The notes under the pieces were generated by a model. The model saw only the letters and a list, made by a program, of their open reading frames with translations, had not been told where the DNA came from and made no database searches. A program made the translations under genes and the position numbers. A DNA stretch of 64,000 bases, taken from the NCBI GenBank assembly GCA_964427735.1, contig CAYRUS010000001.1, forward strand, positions 290,173 to 354,172, in the 5' to 3' direction. Below, piece by piece: positions 1 to 8,887 of this stretch; within the stretch, counting starts at the first letter, position 1, and every line of letters starts with the position of its first letter. Source of the DNA: an uncultured Gammaproteobacteria bacterium. GTDB lineage: Bacteria; Patescibacteriota; Microgenomatia; UBA8517.

Positions 1-456
1 AGCAATGCTGATGCTGCCCTTTATTATTTAGCAAGAATGGTAGAAGCCGGACAAGATCCTTTGTATATTGCAAGACGGATGGTAGTTTTTGCCTCTGAGG
101 ATATTGGGATAGCTCAACCAACTGCACTTGTTGTTGCAAACGAAGTTTTTAGAGCTTGTGAAACAATTGGGTACCCGGAATGTGCAATTAACCTTGCACA
201 CGGAACAGTCTATTTATGTCAGACAAAAAAAGATAAATCTGCCTATAATGCATATTTTTCAGCAGTAGAAGATGTTAAAAAATATGGCAACCTGCCAATC
301 CCCAGAGAAATCCTAAATCCTGTCACTGACTTAATGAAAAAAGAGGGTTACGGAGAAGGTTACGAAGCATATACAGACAAAGACTTGCTTCCTGAAAAAT
401 TACGTGGTAAAAAGTATCTTATAAAAAATGAAAGAAAAAACCTCAAGAATAGTTAG
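1..456 (+). CDS. rarA: Replication-associated recombination protein A (RarA/MgsA), C-terminal part; 5' end outside window
   Basis: DPLYIARRMVVFASEDIG and GYPECAINLAH motifs of the MgsA C-terminal domain. Confidence 0.9.
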   Translation, partial: SNADAALYYLARMVEAGQDPLYIARRMVVFASEDIGIAQPTALVVANEVFRACETIGYPECAINLAHGTVYLCQTKKDKSAYNAYFSAVEDVKKYGNLPIPREILNPVTDLMKKEGYGEGYEAYTDKDLLPEKLRGKKYLIKNERKNLKNS

Positions 457-1009
457 TTTTCTTTATGAAGTCGGCGTTTTAAGAAAAATATTGCGTGCTC
501 ACTACCAAACACTTTTAACAAATGATGAGACAGACAATATAGCAAGTCATTCATATAGAACTGCAATGATTGGCTGGCAGCTTGCCCTGTCAGAGGGGGC
601 AGACCTCAATAAAGTTATTCAAATGTGTCTAATCCACGACCTTCCAGAAGCAAGAAGCGGGGATCAAAATTGGGTTCATAAAAGATATGTAAAAGTATAT
701 GAAAATGAGATAATTGCTGATCAATTTTCAGGGTTACCTAATAAAGAAGACTTAATTGAAATAGCAAATGAGTATTCTGAAAGACAAACACTTGAAGCAA
801 AAGTAGCAAAAGATGCAGACTTGCTGGACCAGGTTTTGTTACTTAGAGAATATGAATGGAATGGTAATAAAGAAGCAGAAAAATGGTTAGACGGTGCAGA
901 ACAAGGGAAAAGACTTTCCACTAATACAGCAAAAGAGTGGGTTAAAGAGATTCGTATTCAAAACCCAAGTCAATGGTGGCAAAATGTATGGACACCAAAT
1001 AATAGATAA
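428..1009 (+). CDS. HD-domain hydrolase (YfbR/5'-deoxynucleotidase-like)
   Basis: ASHSYR, IHDLPEARSGD, KDADLLD motifs. Confidence 0.85.
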   Translation: MKEKTSRIVSFLYEVGVLRKILRAHYQTLLTNDETDNIASHSYRTAMIGWQLALSEGADLNKVIQMCLIHDLPEARSGDQNWVHKRYVKVYENEIIADQFSGLPNKEDLIEIANEYSERQTLEAKVAKDADLLDQVLLLREYEWNGNKEAEKWLDGAEQGKRLSTNTAKEWVKEIRIQNPSQWWQNVWTPNNR

Positions 1010-1010
1010 A

Positions 1011-1313
1011 CTATTCTTTATTTCCGTTAGCCAAAGTTTTTATTGTTTCATTATGGAGTAAGCAAGAAATACCATTCTCATTTCCGTCTTCTGCAAACCC
1101 TTTACAAACACTTGCTTGAAACCAGTCAGGAGGTCTTACCAAATTGTCTTTTGAAAACTGTTGATGACAAGCCGTACAACAAACAGAACAAATCTCAGGT
1201 ATTTTATTTTGTAACTCTTTCCAATTCTTTTTAGCAGCTCTGACTCTTGGAGAGTGACCTAAGCCCTTATCTAGCAACTCTTTTACTCGATGAAATTTTA
1301 TCCTTTCCGACAT
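1011..1313 (-). CDS. Hypothetical Cys-rich protein
   Basis: 100-aa ORF filling the gap after serS; CSVCCTAC cluster; overlaps serS 3' end. Confidence 0.45.
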   Translation of the reverse strand: MSERIKFHRVKELLDKGLGHSPRVRAAKKNWKELQNKIPEICSVCCTACHQQFSKDNLVRPPDWFQASVCKGFAEDGNENGISCLLHNETIKTLANGNKE

Positions 1314-2526
1314 ACTTTTGTAAAACTTCTGGAATTAAAACTGATCCATCCTTTTGTTGGTAATTTTCAAGTATTGCAATCAAAATCCTGGAGATCGCTA
1401 TAGCTGTTCCATTAAGCAGATGTACATACTCATTTTCATTTTTGTTTCTGTATTTTATGTTTAAATTTCTTGCCTGATAATCTGTAGTATTTGATGTTGA
1501 GGTAATTTCCCCATAATCTCCTCTGCCAGGCATCCAAGCTTCAAGATCATATTTTTTGGAAGCCATAGCCCCTAAATCTCCAGTACACATCTCAAGTACT
1601 CTATATGGGATTTTAAGAGCTTGAATAATTTCTTCCTCAATGCCTAATAATTCCTGATGCATTTCTTCTGACTTATCTGGCGTTGAGTAAATGAACATTT
1701 CTAATTTAGTAAACTGATGAACACGGTAAAGACCACGGGAGTATTTACCATACGCTCCTGCTTCTTTCCTAAAACAATGAGAAATTGCAGCATAACGTAG
1801 TGGAAAATCCTTTTTATTAAGCACTTCATCTGAATGAAGTCCGGCCATAGTTACTTCTGCTGTTGCGATCAGACCTAAATCTTCACCCTCAATTTCATAT
1901 ATTTGTGCCTCATCTCCCTTAGGCTGGTACCCGGTCCCCAAGTAAAAACGAGATTTAGCTAAATCCGGTGTAACAAAAGGCTGATAACCCTTTTTACTCA
2001 AAAACTCTACACCAAACTGGAGTAAACCAAGCTCTAACAAAACAGCATCACCCCTTAAATAATAAAATTGTGATCCAGAAACTTTTGCACCTGCCTCAAA
2101 ATCAATTAGGCCCAAATCTTTTCCAATTTCAACATGGTCTTTTGGTTCAAAATCAAATTTCGGTACATCTCCCCATTTTCTTAGCTCTACATTTTCATCT
2201 TCATTTTTGCCAACTGGGACTTCTGGAGCAGGAGGATTTGGAATTAACTTAATTGCATTTTCTCTCTTTTCTTCTATTTCTTTTAACTTTTCCTCTGATT
2301 CTTTTAATTCTTCTTTTAATTTTCTTGCTTTCTGAATATCCTCTTTATTAGGATTTTTGGATAAAACATTTCTTTGGCTTCTTAATTCCTCTACTTTTTG
2401 AAGGGTTTTTCTCCATTCTTCATCTAATTTAATGGCCTCATCAACTATTTTTGGGTCAAATTGTTTATCCGCAGTAGCTTTTTTATAAAATTCCGGATTG
2501 TTGCGAAGACTGTTTATATCAATCAT
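1267..2526 (-). CDS. serS: Serine--tRNA ligase
   Basis: N-terminal coiled coil, LIATAE, CFRKEAG, RVHQFTKLE, LNGTA class II motifs. Confidence 0.97.
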   Translation of the reverse strand: MIDINSLRNNPEFYKKATADKQFDPKIVDEAIKLDEEWRKTLQKVEELRSQRNVLSKNPNKEDIQKARKLKEELKESEEKLKEIEEKRENAIKLIPNPPAPEVPVGKNEDENVELRKWGDVPKFDFEPKDHVEIGKDLGLIDFEAGAKVSGSQFYYLRGDAVLLELGLLQFGVEFLSKKGYQPFVTPDLAKSRFYLGTGYQPKGDEAQIYEIEGEDLGLIATAEVTMAGLHSDEVLNKKDFPLRYAAISHCFRKEAGAYGKYSRGLYRVHQFTKLEMFIYSTPDKSEEMHQELLGIEEEIIQALKIPYRVLEMCTGDLGAMASKKYDLEAWMPGRGDYGEITSTSNTTDYQARNLNIKYRNKNENEYVHLLNGTAIAISRILIAILENYQQKDGSVLIPEVLQKYVGKDKISSSKRVAR

Positions 2527-2624
2527 ATAAATAGTATATATTAAATAAACAAAAACTGTTATCTAACTATAGGAGTAGTTTATTCTTAGTTTTATAAATT
2601 GTCAATTATTGTCTATTTTAGATT

Positions 2625-3944
2625 TTACTCAGCTTTAAGAAGTTTCTCGTATATTTTTCTTGCTTCAGATTCCTCTATTGCTTTTTTGTCACCCATAAAT
2701 GCCATTTTCGTTTTACTAAAATCAAGCACCTCTGCCGATAATTTGTTTATATCTTTAAGAGTAATAGCTTTGGCTACTTCAATATAATCCTCAGGCAAAA
2801 GTAATTCTAGTCCATCTAGCAGATAATCTAGAAAGTATGAAGAAATATTCTCAACTCCAGAAAATCTAATCAAACTTTGTGTACTCAAATAATTAACAGC
2901 ACGAGTAAAATCTTTATTTTCAAATCCTTTCTCTTTAATTGTTTCTAAAACTCCAACAACAGCTTTCAGCGCATCACTCAAATTTTCCATGTCTACAGTT
3001 CCATTAATTTCCAAATATCCTGTATAAGGCCACATATTGTTTCCCGACCCCACAGAATAAACTAGTCCTAACTCCTCTCTCAGTTTTTGATAAAGTTCTG
3101 AGGAAAAACTCCCACCAAGCAAAAAGTTAAATATACCTACCTTAATCCTTTCTTCTAATGAATATTCTTTGTACCCTTCTAATGGAAATGATATAGAAAA
3201 AATAACTTGGCTTCTTTTTTTGTGGTATATATAAAAATAATTATTCTGTTTTGTCTTAGGAGGAATAAAATCTTGAGTTGACTCTCCTTCTTTTCTCCAA
3301 GAACCAATAGTTCCTTCAAGTAAACTTTTCAGTTTTTCTTTGTCATAATTACCTGCCATTGAAAGCTTAAAGTTTTTTGGAATGTAGTATCTGTTATATG
3401 CTTTTTTTACTTCTTCTAGAGTCATCTTTTCAACTACTTCAGAATCTCCAAAGCCACGTCTTGCATACGGATGACTTTCTCCCATCATCTTTTCAAGTTT
3501 ATGTTGAAAGAATTTATTTTCAGGAACATCCCAGAAATTTCTTTGCTCTGTTCTTATAACGCTAATACTATTTTTGACTGAATCTTCCGTAAAGAGTGGC
3601 CTAGCAAGATTTTCAATAATAAATTCTAATACACTCTCCAAATCATTATCTGGTGCTATAAAATAAAATGAAGTACTCAAAGCACCAACTCCTGCATTCA
3701 TTGATACACCGAGTTCTTCTGCACGAACCGCAATATCTCTCGGGGTTGGATATTTTTTGCTTCCACGAAGCATCATATGCTCTAAAAAGTGCAAAGTTCC
3801 AATTTTATCTTTATCTTCAATTGCACTACCAGCTGGAATACCCATCTCAACTGAAACAGCTCTAACCTCTGAGACAGGATATGCTAAAACTTCAATTCCA
3901 TTGGAGAGATAAAAATGTTCGAATCTAGGCTTTTTTGTTCTCAT
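2625..3944 (-). CDS. M16 family zinc peptidase
   Basis: HFLEHM inverted zinc motif; LREELGLVY. Confidence 0.9.
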   Translation of the reverse strand: MRTKKPRFEHFYLSNGIEVLAYPVSEVRAVSVEMGIPAGSAIEDKDKIGTLHFLEHMMLRGSKKYPTPRDIAVRAEELGVSMNAGVGALSTSFYFIAPDNDLESVLEFIIENLARPLFTEDSVKNSISVIRTEQRNFWDVPENKFFQHKLEKMMGESHPYARRGFGDSEVVEKMTLEEVKKAYNRYYIPKNFKLSMAGNYDKEKLKSLLEGTIGSWRKEGESTQDFIPPKTKQNNYFYIYHKKRSQVIFSISFPLEGYKEYSLEERIKVGIFNFLLGGSFSSELYQKLREELGLVYSVGSGNNMWPYTGYLEINGTVDMENLSDALKAVVGVLETIKEKGFENKDFTRAVNYLSTQSLIRFSGVENISSYFLDYLLDGLELLLPEDYIEVAKAITLKDINKLSAEVLDFSKTKMAFMGDKKAIEESEARKIYEKLLKAE

Positions 3945-4077
3945 TATTGTTTGGAGTTTTTCTTACAAACTCTATTTTTCTATGAGTTATATATTTTAAT
4001 CCAGGGATATGACTTAAGAGCCCTCGACGGGTTTTTTTAATATCAACTGGTATTGCTTTCCAACTCTCTATCGGCAT
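3925..4077 (-). CDS. Possible 50-aa basic small protein (MPIESWKAIPVDIKKTRRG...)
   Basis: Translated by hand; starts 3 nt after the HD gene stop and fills the gap to the M16 gene. Confidence 0.35.
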   Translation of the reverse strand: MPIESWKAIPVDIKKTRRGLLSHIPGLKYITHRKIEFVRKTPNNNENKKA

Positions 4078-4080
4078 AAT

Positions 4081-4647
4081 TTATAAACCTAAATCCTGAT
4101 GAATATTCTGCATCGACACTAAGGAAATTTCAATAAATTCTCTTAGAGGAATTTCTAAAACTTCCTCACACATCTCTATCTGTTTTCGATCCACGCCAGC
4201 AGCAAAAGATTTTTGATTCCATTTATTGAAAATTGAATCCACAGTAACTGATGAAAGCTTTTTATCAGGTTTGACTAACGCTACAGCAACAATTAAACCA
4301 GTCAATTCATCACAACAATACAAAGCCCACTCCATTTTAGTCTTTGGCTTGGGTGCACCATCGACATATCCCCAAGCATGTGCCGCTACCGCATCTTTTA
4401 TATCTACAGAAGCATCTAATTCTTCAAGCCAATTTATAAGTTTTTTTGTATGGTCTCTCTTTGCTGATTCTTTTGTTTCTTCATAATCCGCATCGTGTAG
4501 CAATCCTGCTATTCCCCATTTTTTAGGATCTCCTCCTAATCGATTTGCCAACGATCGCATTACTACTTCCACTGCATAGCAGTGCCTCCTTAAATTCTCA
4601 TTCTTCATATGCTTATGAAGTAATTCTAGAGCTTCTTGTCTATTCAT
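4081..4647 (-). CDS. HD/HDIG-domain hydrolase
   Basis: LRRHC, GLLHDADYE, DELTGLI motifs; coupled to lysS stop. Confidence 0.85.
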   Translation of the reverse strand: MNRQEALELLHKHMKNENLRRHCYAVEVVMRSLANRLGGDPKKWGIAGLLHDADYEETKESAKRDHTKKLINWLEELDASVDIKDAVAAHAWGYVDGAPKPKTKMEWALYCCDELTGLIVAVALVKPDKKLSSVTVDSIFNKWNQKSFAAGVDRKQIEMCEEVLEIPLREFIEISLVSMQNIHQDLGL

Positions 4648-6178
4648 TTTTGGCCTTTTGTACCATTTTCCAAAATTCAGGATATAAGTCCTTTACATTG
4701 TCATCGTAACGATGTTTCATTTGAGGAAATAGAGTAGCCTCCCTTGCACCAAGCCCTTCCAAAAACCAGAAAAGTCTCTCCGAGTGAGCATATCCCGACG
4801 TAGGAGGCATCCCATACTCGAGCATCTCTATATAGTCTATATCCATCATTTGTGCCTCTTCGTCTCCTGCTATCCTTGCTTTCTGCTGCGAAAGAAACCT
4901 CTCGTATTGATCTACAGGGTCGTTCAATTCTGTATAACCGTTTCCAAGTTCGCTTCCTGCCAATATGACATGAAATCGTTCTGTGATTTCTTCGTTTTCC
5001 GGTTTTGACTTAGCAAGTGGAGACATAAATTTGGGTTCATTCACCAAAAAAGCAGGTCCTGCAATGTCTTTCCTGATTAACTTCCAAAGATTGTCTATTA
5101 TTCTAATTCGGTTCCATTCACCTTCAGTGTCAACCCCGTCTTTTTTAAGAATAGCAAGCATTTTTTCCTCTGAATCCTCAAAAATATTTACGTCCTTTTT
5201 TTCTTTTATTACACTAGCATAATCAATCTCCATCCATTCATCTTCTAAATTAAATTTATGTCCATGAGCTTCAAACTCTGTCTTGCCGTAAACTTCCTTT
5301 GCAATGTGTATGAACATCTCCTGCACCAGTTTCATATTGTCACGGTAATCAGCATATGCCCAATACCACTCCACTTGATAATATTCCTGCAAATGCTCAT
5401 CATCAATCCCTTCATTACGGAAGTTAGGTCCTATTGTAAAAATCTTCTCAAACATTCCTCCGATAAGACGCTTTTGATAAAGCTCTGTTGATATTCTTAG
5501 ATAAAAGTCCTCATCAAGGGCATTGTGATGAGTTACAAACGGCCTTGCATCAGCACCTCCGGTAAAGTGTTCAAGTATAGGAGTTTCCACTTCGATAAAT
5601 CCCTTATCTTTTAAAAATTTCCTGTTAGTTTCCCAGAATTTTGCTTTCCTTATAAAAAGCTCCCTTCTATCCTGGTTCATAATCAAATCTAAATATCTCT
5701 TTCTATAGATAATTTCTGTGTCTTTTAAGCCTTCCCATTTTTCAGGAAGAGGCCGGATAGATTTAGATAATATTTTTATTGAATCGGGAATTATAGAAAC
5801 CTCTCCTCTAGAAGTTTTTGCAATCTCCCCTCTAACTTGTAAGAAATCACCAATATCAATTAGATTTAAGTCATCAAATCCCAGAATGCCTTCTTTAGTG
5901 TCGGTATCTTTGAGCTCTTCACTTTTTATAAAAATCTGAATGCTACCAGTAACATCTTGGAGCTGTCCAAAAATAATTTGTCCATGTTCACGCCAAGACA
6001 TAAGCCGACCAGCTAGGGTTACTGATTTGTTTTCAAATTCATCGTAATTTTCGACAACCTCTAAATTTGAATATTCTTTTTCAGAATGAGGAGGGTAGGG
6101 GTCAATCCCCATTTCTCTAAGTTTTTTAACTTTTTCTAATCGGATGTCTCTAATTTCTTCTAATCTTGTTTTTGACAT
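4640..6178 (-). CDS. lysS: Lysine--tRNA ligase (class II)
   Basis: OB-fold N-terminus, GGADARPFVTHHN, FRNEG, ELNDP, LEYGMPPT. Confidence 0.97.
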   Translation of the reverse strand: MSKTRLEEIRDIRLEKVKKLREMGIDPYPPHSEKEYSNLEVVENYDEFENKSVTLAGRLMSWREHGQIIFGQLQDVTGSIQIFIKSEELKDTDTKEGILGFDDLNLIDIGDFLQVRGEIAKTSRGEVSIIPDSIKILSKSIRPLPEKWEGLKDTEIIYRKRYLDLIMNQDRRELFIRKAKFWETNRKFLKDKGFIEVETPILEHFTGGADARPFVTHHNALDEDFYLRISTELYQKRLIGGMFEKIFTIGPNFRNEGIDDEHLQEYYQVEWYWAYADYRDNMKLVQEMFIHIAKEVYGKTEFEAHGHKFNLEDEWMEIDYASVIKEKKDVNIFEDSEEKMLAILKKDGVDTEGEWNRIRIIDNLWKLIRKDIAGPAFLVNEPKFMSPLAKSKPENEEITERFHVILAGSELGNGYTELNDPVDQYERFLSQQKARIAGDEEAQMMDIDYIEMLEYGMPPTSGYAHSERLFWFLEGLGAREATLFPQMKHRYDDNVKDLYPEFWKMVQKAKNE

Positions 6179-6231
6179 TTTACGCACCCTATATTCTATA
6201 AGTTTAAAAAGGAAAAGTCATTCTCAAAATA

Positions 6232-7281
6232 TTAGGCAGAAATATATGCCTTAAAAAGATCTGCTAATCTTTCCAAATTTTTAACAGAAATACTTTCCCG
6301 CCTTGTATGTCCTTCTTTTGCGCCATCTCCCATATTAACTACATTGATTCCATGATTAACAAGTACATTTGCATCGCTTCCTCCAAAAGAAATTTCAAAA
6401 TTAGGCAAAATACCTTTACTTTCTAGCAGTCTAATCGTGCTAACCACAGCTGAAGAGTTTTTATTTAATTTGTAGCCACTACAGTATGGGAATAGATTAA
6501 ACTCATATTCAGCTTTTGATTTTTTAGCCTCCTCCTTTGTAATTATGCCCAACTTTTCTAGGTTCGCATCAAATTTTTCTTTATTAAAACCTCTCACTTC
6601 TCCTTTTATCATTACAACTCGGGGGATAGTATTAATGGCTTCACCACCATTTATCAAACCGACATTTATTGTTGTATCTTTATCAACTTTCCCTGTCTTT
6701 ATCTTATTCAAAATATTTACAGCAGTTGTTAGCGCATTGATACCTTTTTCAGGCTCAGAAGAATGTGCAGCTCGCCCTTTTATCTTTATCTTAAAATCAG
6801 TCAAGTAGGGAGCTTGAATTACCATGTTTCCAAGTGGAGATGAAGTATCTGCAATAAGTCCTGTTTTACTTTTAAGTCTTTTAAAATTAAAGCCTTTTAT
6901 GCCGCTGTCGGTTTCTTCTCTAACACTAAATATCAATTCAATTGATCTTCTTTTTTTAATACTTGCGAGGGCAAAAAGCATGGCTGCTAATGCTGCTTTA
7001 TTATCTGCCCCAAGAATTGTGTCACTTTTGCTTTTTATAATTCCATTTTCAATAATCGGTTCAATTTTTCTACCTGGTTCAACTGTATCCAAATGTGCAC
7101 AAACCACCACAGGCTCTCCCTTGCCACCTATATATGAATAAAAGTTACCTTCTTTATCTTCTTCCAATTCAATATCTAGAAGACTAGCTTCATGGTACAC
7201 ATATTTTTTGATATCCTGCTCCTCTCCGGATGGACTATCAATTTTTACCAGATTCAAAAAGGTGTCAACAACAGATCGCAT
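6232..7281 (-). CDS. M20/M25/M40 metallopeptidase (peptidase T-like)
   Basis: AHLDTV, LGADNKA, REE, GGSDAN motifs; AGGAG SD upstream. Confidence 0.88.
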   Translation of the reverse strand: MRSVVDTFLNLVKIDSPSGEEQDIKKYVYHEASLLDIELEEDKEGNFYSYIGGKGEPVVVCAHLDTVEPGRKIEPIIENGIIKSKSDTILGADNKAALAAMLFALASIKKRRSIELIFSVREETDSGIKGFNFKRLKSKTGLIADTSSPLGNMVIQAPYLTDFKIKIKGRAAHSSEPEKGINALTTAVNILNKIKTGKVDKDTTINVGLINGGEAINTIPRVVMIKGEVRGFNKEKFDANLEKLGIITKEEAKKSKAEYEFNLFPYCSGYKLNKNSSAVVSTIRLLESKGILPNFEISFGGSDANVLVNHGINVVNMGDGAKEGHTRRESISVKNLERLADLFKAYISA

Positions 7282-7348
7282 AATGCTATTCTCCTCTTAT
7301 AGTACTATATATTTTCTTTTTGCTTCTATAAAAAGAATAAAAAAGCAC

Positions 7349-7374
7349 AAAAAACCTCCCTAAGAGGAGGTTTT
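7349..7374 (-). terminator. Intrinsic terminator (attenuator 3:4 hairpin) between greA and the peptidase-lysS unit
   Basis: Minus strand AAAACCTCCT-CTTA-GGGAGGTTTTTT. Confidence 0.85.
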
Positions 7375-7395
7375 CCATACAAAAGACCACCTCCA

Positions 7396-7434
7396 TTAGG
7401 AAGCTATCTTTTTCTTTGAATCCAGAATGCTCAT
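7396..7434 (-). CDS. Putative Lys-sensing leader peptide MSILDSKKKIAS
   Basis: ATG 1 nt after greA stop; AAG AAA AAG lie in the 5' arm of a hairpin that competes with an antiterminator. Confidence 0.65.
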   Translation of the reverse strand: MSILDSKKKIAS

Positions 7435-7435
7435 T

Positions 7436-7900
7436 TTATTCTATATTAACTATCTCGTAGTTTATTTTACCAACAGGTGCATCTACCTGTACTTCTTCAC
7501 CAACTTCTTTACCCAAAAGAGCCTGTCCAAGCGGTGATTCATGTGAGATTTTTTTATTAACAGGATCTGCTTCCCATTCACCAACTAATTGGTATACATG
7601 CTCCGCACCGCCTGTTTTTATAGTTACTCTAGTGCCTACGGAAACTTTATCCTTTTTACCATTAGAGGACTCTACAACCTGAGCATTATTTAATACATGC
7701 TCAAGCTCCTCGATTCTACCATCTAGAAATTCGAGTTCATCTTTGGCGTTTTGATAGTCGCTGTTTTCACTAAGATCTCCTTGGCTTCTTGCATACTCAA
7801 GTCGCTCAATTAGCTTTGGTCTTTTTACATTAACTAATTCATGATACTCAGCTTTTAGCTCTTCAAGACCTTGTTTTGTTACTTGTACTTTTTTGTTCAT
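7436..7900 (-). CDS. greA: Transcription elongation factor GreA
   Basis: GDLSENSDY, ISHESPLGQALLG; start placed at MNKKV. Confidence 0.96.
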   Translation of the reverse strand: MNKKVQVTKQGLEELKAEYHELVNVKRPKLIERLEYARSQGDLSENSDYQNAKDELEFLDGRIEELEHVLNNAQVVESSNGKKDKVSVGTRVTIKTGGAEHVYQLVGEWEADPVNKKISHESPLGQALLGKEVGEEVQVDAPVGKINYEIVNIE

Positions 7901-7906
7901 AATTCT

Positions 7907-7943
7907 AAAAAAAAATCTCTCCTTCATTTAGGAGAGCGATTTT
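7907..7943 (-). terminator. Leader terminator immediately upstream of greA
   Basis: Minus strand AAATCGCTCTCCT-AAATGA-AGGAGAGATTTTTTTTT. Confidence 0.75.
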
Positions 7944-7966
7944 GCTGTAAAATACTCTCCAATAAG

Positions 7967-8032
7967 TTAGTTAGCCTTTGCAATAGGACTTACAACTTCC
8001 TTATTGGAAAATGTTTTAAATAAGTTTTTCAT
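7967..8032 (-). CDS. Putative greA leader peptide MKNLFKTFSNKEVVSPIAKAN
   Basis: 21-codon ORF in the greA leader, overlapping the first of several alternative hairpins. Confidence 0.5.
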   Translation of the reverse strand: MKNLFKTFSNKEVVSPIAKAN

Positions 8033-8061
8033 TCTAATTCTCTCGTAAATATTACTTGAAT

Positions 8062-8091
8062 ATGATAAGCAAATAAGTGCTATTTTGTCAA
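8062..8091 (-). promoter_or_regulatory. Sigma70-type promoter for greA leader
   Basis: TTGACA-N18-TATCAT on the minus strand. Confidence 0.6.
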
Positions 8092-8265
8092 GAAATCAAA
8101 AGGGGTCAAACTATATATTTCTCAACAAAGGTATTATACTACTAATGCATAAAAAAGTAAACTTTTCCCTAACTTTTGGTGAGTTCTCCTGTTCTAGCAT
8201 AAATTGTCTATTTTAAGTTTTGAAGGTATAATATAAGTGTTTGAATAGATGCTATTAAGTGTCCT

Positions 8266-8338
8266 GGCCCCATCGTCTAATGGTTCAGGACGCCAGGTTC
8301 TCATCCTGGTAATCGGGGTTCGACTCCCCGTGGGGTCA
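8266..8338 (+). tRNA. tRNA-Glu(CTC)
   Basis: Acceptor GGCCCCA/TGGGGTC, anticodon arm CCAGG-TTCTCAT-CCTGG, T-arm GGTTCGACTCC; CCA not encoded. Confidence 0.97.
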
Positions 8339-8346
8339 CAGAAAAT

Positions 8347-8373
8347 ATACTCCCCGAAGCGGGAGTATTTTTT
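8347..8373 (+). terminator. Intrinsic terminator after tRNA-Glu
   Basis: ATACTCCC-CGAAGC-GGGAGTAT followed by T-tract. Confidence 0.85.
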
Positions 8374-8489
8374 GTGACTCTTGCGTTGAGCGAATCTACT
8401 AGGCTCGCCTGCCCTGCTAGAATCTTGGCACAAGCCTAAATCTCTAGCTCGATATTCGTCTGTGTCTGAAATAGAAGATTGCAAATTGT

Positions 8490-8625
8490 TCATAATATCA
8501 ATACTGCTCATGACTGCTTGGTAATCAAGCTCCGTATCAGAAGCACATAGCTTACGAGCTATAAACTGCTCGTGTTCTAGTTTTTGGGGGACCTCAAAGT
8601 TTTCTGGGACTAAAGTTAGCGACAT
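8490..8625 (-). pseudogene. Truncated N-terminal fragment of a GNAT-like acetyltransferase
   Basis: VPENFEVP..LE...DYQAVMSS resembles a GNAT N-terminus, then similarity is lost and the frame runs into the tRNA antisense. Confidence 0.4.
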
Positions 8626-8887
8626 AATACTTTCCCGTATTATAGTTTTCTCACCGAGCTTAAGCAATTCTAAAAATTAGCGGACAAATGTGTCCAACCA
8701 TTACATAAAAACAGCATAAGTATGGGTTCATTCATACATGTGTTAAAGTTTTATAGAACTCTATATAAAGTAATAAACTTATACCTCCTACAATCATAAC
8801 CCTATTTATTTACATTGTTTTGGAAAGTACATTTCCATTTAATAAAAAAGATGCTACATTTAATGTAGTTTAACTAACAAAAGAATT

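Noticed and set aside
8194-8667. 157-aa ORF as a real protein
   Set aside because: Its C-terminal half is the antisense of tRNA-Glu and its terminator
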